Below are positions 60,583 through 64,000 of a stretch of DNA of 64,000 nucleotides, one piece after another (the stretch's first letter is position 1; the number at the start of each line of letters is the position of its first letter). The translations under genes were made by a program, and so were the position numbers. Source of the stretch: Minisyncoccota bacterium (GTDB lineage Bacteria > Patescibacteriota > Minisyncoccia > Phycocordibacterales > SBAW01); contig DASZWN010000001.1 in NCBI GenBank assembly GCA_035546575.1, forward strand, positions 49,082 to 113,081, written 5' to 3'. The notes beneath the pieces are model-generated. The model had not been told where the DNA came from. It saw only the letters and a program-made list of their open reading frames with translations, and did no database searches.

Positions 60583-60796
60583 CAAAAGACACAACAAACT
60601 GCCCTGCGGCAGGTTTTGTGCTTTTGGGCGAGACGGAGCGTTGTTTTGCAATGGCAAAACCGCGAGTCGGAGTCGTCGAGCGATTTTGCTGACGAGCAAA
60701 ATCGACATGTGACCACTTGCGTAGGCAGAACCTGTGACCGAATCCCCTGCCGGACGCACATGTTTGTGATATAGTGTTTTCGTAGAATTGAAATAC

Positions 60797-60867
60797 GCGG
60801 ATATTGTTTAATGGTAGGACGCGTCCTTGCCAAGGACGAGGTGGGAGTTCGATTCTCCCTATCCGCA
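60797..60867 (+). tRNA. tRNA-Gly (anticodon GCC)
   Basis: GCGGATATTGTTTAATGGTAGGACGCGTCCTTGCCAAGGACGAGGTGGGAGTTCGATTCTCCCTATCCGCA has anticodon loop TTGCCAA. Confidence 0.85.
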
Positions 60868-60923
60868 CTGGTTTTGTTTGTTCTAGCTCCCTCTTTGCAA
60901 TAGAAAATAAAAGACATCCATTT

Positions 60924-60978
60924 TGTGGATAATCGAAAGACCTAAGAATAAGGGTTTTTTGAGAAAAGCTGTGGATAA
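60924..60978 (+). promoter_or_regulatory. Two perfect consensus DnaA boxes (TGTGGATAA) in direct orientation 37 bp apart, upstream of yraN
   Basis: The boxes are at 60924..60932 and 60970..60978. A third perfect box (TTATCCACA) lies at 47080..47088, upstream of pcrA. Confidence 0.4.
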
Positions 60979-61085
60979 AGGTGGGGAAATGTGCATAAAG
61001 GACGTCTTTAAAGATGGCCTAGAAGGCCTTAATACTGTTTCATATGTAACGTTTCCCGTGAAATTTGCTTAAAATACCCTTATTT

Positions 61086-61478
61086 ATGGCCAAAACTGAA
61101 AAAAGACGGGTCGGAGATGTGGGCGAAGCGATAGTCTGCACCTATTTAGAGGGTAAGGGGTACAAAGTCATCGACCGTAACTACCTTAAGCCGTGGGGAG
61201 AGATAGACATCGTGGCCGAAAAGGGCGATTTGACCATATTTATAGAGGTAAAATCCGTATCGAGGCCTTTAAAAGAGGGGATTTCACGGGAAACGTATCG
61301 TCCAGAGGACAATATGCACCCAGCTAAGATAAAAAGGCTCCATCGGGCTATCCAGACCTACCTTCTTGAAAAGAAAATCCCGGAAAATAGGGAATGGCAG
61401 CTCCATTTGGCGTGTGCCTATTTGGATTTTACTACCCATAAAGCAAGGGTAGAGCTCTTGGAGAATGTGGTGTTGTAA
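61086..61478 (+). CDS. yraN: YraN-family (UPF0102) predicted endonuclease
   Basis: It reads VGDVGEAIVCTYLEGKGYKVIDRNY...GEIDIVAEKGDLTIFIEVKS, a PD-(D/E)xK fold. Confidence 0.75.
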   Translation: MAKTEKRRVGDVGEAIVCTYLEGKGYKVIDRNYLKPWGEIDIVAEKGDLTIFIEVKSVSRPLKEGISRETYRPEDNMHPAKIKRLHRAIQTYLLEKKIPENREWQLHLACAYLDFTTHKARVELLENVVL

Positions 61479-61554
61479 TGCTATTCTCAGTCAGTCACAG
61501 TCTAACCCTGGCGTCTTATACCGATAGTCGCTTGAGTGGGGTCAAACACTGAGT

Positions 61555-61625
61555 CGGGGCGTCGTATATCGGTAGTACGCTTGCTTTGGGAGCAAGATGG
61601 CCCAGTTCGATTCTGGGCGCCCCGA
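61555..61625 (+). tRNA. tRNA-Pro (anticodon TGG), embedded in a 22-bp extended inverted repeat
   Basis: CGGGGCGTCGTATATCGGTAGTACGCTTGCTTTGGGAGCAAGATGGCCCAGTTCGATTCTGGGCGCCCCGA has a C1-G72 first pair (Pro-specific). The anticodon stem is CTTGC/GCAAG with loop TTTGGGA and G37. The flanks GGTCAAACACTGAGT and ACTCAGTGTTTGACC extend the acceptor helix. Confidence 0.7.
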
Positions 61626-61675
61626 CTCAGTGTTTGACCGGATGTGCGGGGCACATCCGTGGCTCCGAAGGAGAA

Positions 61676-61706
61676 GATGGCCCAGTTCGATTCTGGGCGC
61701 CCCGAA
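61676..61706 (+). repeat. 31-bp perfect direct repeat of the tRNA-Pro 3' end (variable loop + T-arm + acceptor 3' strand)
   Basis: AGATGGCCCAGTTCGATTCTGGGCGCCCCGA occurs at 61596..61626 inside the tRNA and again at 61676..61706. This is an att-site-like duplication. Confidence 0.8.
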
Positions 61707-61712
61707 CGTAAC

Positions 61713-62585
61713 ATGGAAAGAGTCACTTTGATCACAAGGCCATCGGTAGGATACGAGCTCCTCGACTCCGGTGGGGAAGAGAAGCTGGAGCGATTTGGAA
61801 ATGTCATACTAAGGCGGCCCGACCCGCAAGCCTTATGGGAAAAGGGTTCAAACCACGAAGTCTGGGGCAAGGCGGAGGGGACATTCGTGAGAGAGGGTGG
61901 GGAAGGGAAGTGGACCCTCAAGAGCAGTGTTCCTAAAGAGTGGTTGATCAAACTAGACGGTTTGTCGTTTTTAATACGCCCGACTTCTTTTAAACATACC
62001 GGCGTATTTCCGGAACAACTTTCTAACTGGGAGTGGACAAAAGAAACAATACACAACGCGGGTAGGGAAGTCTCGGTATTAAATTTGTTTGGTTACACCG
62101 GAGGTGCCACGCTTGCCGCAGCGCAAGCAGGCGCCTCGGTCACGCACGTTGATGCGTCAAAGACAGCGGTGGCATGGGCGCGAGAAAATGCTGCGGCGTC
62201 GGGTCTTGCAGACAAACCCATACGCTGGATCACCGAAGACGTGCTTGTATTTGTAAAACGAGAAATCAAGCGCGGCACCAAGTACGACGCTATCATTATG
62301 GACCCGCCGGCGTTTGGGCATGGCCCGGGAGGCGAGTTGTGGAAGATAGAAGATGATCTACTGCCCTTGATAGAGCTTTGCTCGCACCTACTTTCGGACA
62401 AGCCGTTGTTCATCGTGATGAACGGATATGCGGCAGGGTACTCGCCGCTTGCGTTTGCCTACAATCTTGAACCATTTACCAGAAAGCTCGGTGGAGAGAT
62501 TGAGTACGGCGACCTCATGATACAAGAAGCAAAAGGCGAGCGGAGCTTGCCGTGCGGTATTTTTGCGCGTTGGAGGGCGAGCTAG
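61713..62585 (+). CDS. Class I SAM-dependent rRNA methyltransferase (RlmI/RlmK-like)
   Basis: It has SAM motif I NLFGYTGGATLAAAQAGA and a DAIIMDPPAF motif. The start is at the third Met of the table ORF; earlier in-frame Mets lie inside the tRNA-derived repeat. Confidence 0.75.
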   Translation: MERVTLITRPSVGYELLDSGGEEKLERFGNVILRRPDPQALWEKGSNHEVWGKAEGTFVREGGEGKWTLKSSVPKEWLIKLDGLSFLIRPTSFKHTGVFPEQLSNWEWTKETIHNAGREVSVLNLFGYTGGATLAAAQAGASVTHVDASKTAVAWARENAAASGLADKPIRWITEDVLVFVKREIKRGTKYDAIIMDPPAFGHGPGGELWKIEDDLLPLIELCSHLLSDKPLFIVMNGYAAGYSPLAFAYNLEPFTRKLGGEIEYGDLMIQEAKGERSLPCGIFARWRAS

Positions 62586-63736
62586 CGGTGCTCGATTACT
62601 TTTACTAACGTAGCTTTTTCTGCCGGGGCAACATTTTTTGCAAAGTTAGCGGATGCAGTTGCGGTGTTTTGTAACAAAAGTTCCGCAATGCCGCCTTCGC
62701 CGTTGGCCTTGAGGCTGCGGTTTATGTGAGCGAGTGTGATTGCTCTAAGATCACGTTGTGCGGTGGTGTCGGCTGCAGTGTCAGTCGCAATAATCCCTTC
62801 TAGCTGGCCATCTTTTGTACGTACTACGGCACCACCCGAGGAGCCACCTTGCGAGACGATCGTGCCGCCGATTGAGATCAGGTCGATAGAGCGTGCGGTA
62901 CCAAAAGTAAAAAGTTCTTTTACTGTTGCATATGCGGAAGCGACGTAGAGATTCTTTACAATATTTTGCCCGTCAAGAAAGCCAGCCGGATATGCTGCAA
63001 GAAAGGTGCTGTCACCCAAGTCCGGTTCCGTCGATGTCATCGAGAGTGTGGGGAACGTTGCAGGAAGCGATCCTGAGAGTGCGCTGGTCACCACTAAGAA
63101 TGCATAGTCGTTTTCGCCCGTGCCTTTTGCCTGCTCGGCAATAAGCTGCGATGCGTTGTCATTGATCCACACGGGCGGCAAGTAGAGCAGTGTTGCCCGA
63201 TACATCGCCGTGGCCGGACTTCCGGTGCGCACCAAACAATTAACGCTACCTGTCTCGGGGTAGTCGGCAAGCAAGAAAAATTGCCCCACATGCGCATTGG
63301 TGAGTATCACTCCGCGGCTGTCGATAAATACGCCGCTTGCAGATATAGGGTGCACGAGGTTGGTGTTGGTGGTGCACAAAATATTTACGAGCGCTCCGCG
63401 CGTCTGAGTATTGAGTACATCGGCGGCAATGTCTGGAGTAGCAGGAGTAGTTACAACTGGCCCGGTTGGTTGTGGCAGCGAGACTGCCGGTTTTTTAGGA
63501 GCGGTAGTCTTTGGTGGTGTTGAGGTTGCAAGAGTAGACGTAGCCTGTGTGGTTGTGGCAGCAGGTACACGTGCCGTTGTGGTTGCGTAGTCCTGTAGCG
63601 GGTCGATATGTATTGGTGGAGTAGAGACAACGCTGCCGCCTAGGAGTGAGAATAGGGGAGAGAGTGCCATCAGTACTCCAGTAACAACTGAGGCAACGAT
63701 AGCAGAGAGTGCGTGTACAAGTTCCATAAAGTCCAT
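62582..63736 (-). CDS. Membrane-anchored trypsin-like (S1 family) serine protease
   Basis: It has an N-terminal transmembrane helix. The catalytic region reads GVILTNAHVG...GGSSGGAVV. Confidence 0.7.
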   Translation of the reverse strand: MDFMELVHALSAIVASVVTGVLMALSPLFSLLGGSVVSTPPIHIDPLQDYATTTARVPAATTTQATSTLATSTPPKTTAPKKPAVSLPQPTGPVVTTPATPDIAADVLNTQTRGALVNILCTTNTNLVHPISASGVFIDSRGVILTNAHVGQFFLLADYPETGSVNCLVRTGSPATAMYRATLLYLPPVWINDNASQLIAEQAKGTGENDYAFLVVTSALSGSLPATFPTLSMTSTEPDLGDSTFLAAYPAGFLDGQNIVKNLYVASAYATVKELFTFGTARSIDLISIGGTIVSQGGSSGGAVVRTKDGQLEGIIATDTAADTTAQRDLRAITLAHINRSLKANGEGGIAELLLQNTATASANFAKNVAPAEKATLVKVIEHR

Positions 63737-63773
63737 ATCTGAGATATATATAGTATACGCGCGAGATTGAAAC

Positions 63774-63844
63774 GCGGGATTAGTTTAGTGGTAAAACGAC
63801 AGTTTTCCAAACTGTAGTTGGGAGTCCGATTCTCCCATCCCGCA
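63774..63844 (+). tRNA. tRNA-Gly (anticodon TCC)
   Basis: GCGGGATTAGTTTAGTGGTAAAACGACAGTTTTCCAAACTGTAGTTGGGAGTCCGATTCTCCCATCCCGCA has anticodon loop TTTCCAA. Confidence 0.85.
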
Positions 63845-63875
63845 CCGGATGAATTATTAACCACCTTTTAGAGTC

Positions 63876-64000
63876 ATGAATCGCACATCTATCGTCAGTA
63901 TTGTAGCACTCCTCGTTATTGCGGCTGCATTTGGCGTCTGGGTTTGGTACGCCAAACCTATTGTTAAGGGGCCAGCCTTTCAGCACCCGCTCGCGGGCGA
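63876..64000 (+). CDS. Hypothetical membrane protein, 5' fragment running off the window end
   Basis: ATG at 63876 gives MNRTSIVSIVALLVIAAAFGVWVWYAKPIVKGPAF..., an N-terminal transmembrane helix. Confidence 0.3.
   Translation, partial: MNRTSIVSIVALLVIAAAFGVWVWYAKPIVKGPAFQHPLAG

Noticed and set aside
61596-61706. CRISPR array possibility for the 31-bp direct repeats
   Set aside because: There are only two copies. They are tRNA 3'-end derived and the 50-bp spacer is a hairpin, with no cas genes in the window.

Overview
This 64-kb window looks like chromosomal core DNA from a monoderm-type bacterium with about 55% GC, and it spans the replication origin. Around the origin sit rpmH-rnpA-yidC-jag on the + strand and dnaA-dnaN on the - strand, with an AT-rich unwinding element between dnaA and dnaN. 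A short YidC, the tRNA complement and the surface-protein content would fit a Patescibacteria/CPR-like lineage, but that is inference only.

Housekeeping content is dense. It includes uppS (partial), ruvX, nfi, an AlkA-like glycosylase, an aldo/keto reductase, rpsT, ruvA, a Mur ligase, a SpoU methyltransferase, LMW-PTP, polA, tsaE, pilB, ruvB, yebC, ruvC, tyrS, PBP1A, ksgA, pcrA, a LysM/M23 peptidase, comM, a DksA/TraR zinc finger, pnp, rpsO, a Xer-type recombinase, xth, cca, yraN, an RlmI-like methyltransferase and a trypsin-like protease. I count 11 tRNAs: Val-TAC, Arg-TCT, Ser-TGA, Arg-GCG, Arg-CCG, Lys-TTT, Arg-TCG, Gly-GCC, Pro-TGG and Gly-TCC.

Most notable findings:
- An 11-gene, tightly overlapping minus-strand operon at 31.3-43.8 kb encodes a type IV secretion-like apparatus: a VirB6/TrbL-like polytopic protein, PrgI/VirB3, a VirB4 ATPase split into two ORFs at an A5 run, a TrbC/VirB2-like Cys-rich pilin candidate, and Ig-repeat and beta-propeller surface proteins. 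No VirD4 or relaxase is present in the window.
- A family of 19-20 bp GC-rich palindromes (CCTGCCTGCCGGCAGGCAGG and variants) occurs at least seven times. Three copies sit in frame inside ruvX and pcrA and encode LPAGRQ; one forms the rpsO terminator.
- A 1278-aa glycine-rich, internally duplicated surface protein lies between two tRNA-Arg genes, next to a decayed lnt remnant.
- The Arg tRNA set is GCG/TCG/CCG/TCT, with no ACG in the window.
- tRNA-Pro sits inside a 22-bp extended inverted repeat, with a 31-bp direct repeat of its 3' end 50 bp downstream, which looks like an att-type scar.
- An NYN-domain gene is inserted between rpsO and pnp.
- Two adjacent perfect palindromes lie in the rpsT/ruvA divergent promoter.
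- A candidate 55-aa hyper-acidic peptide gene lies between ruvC and tyrS.
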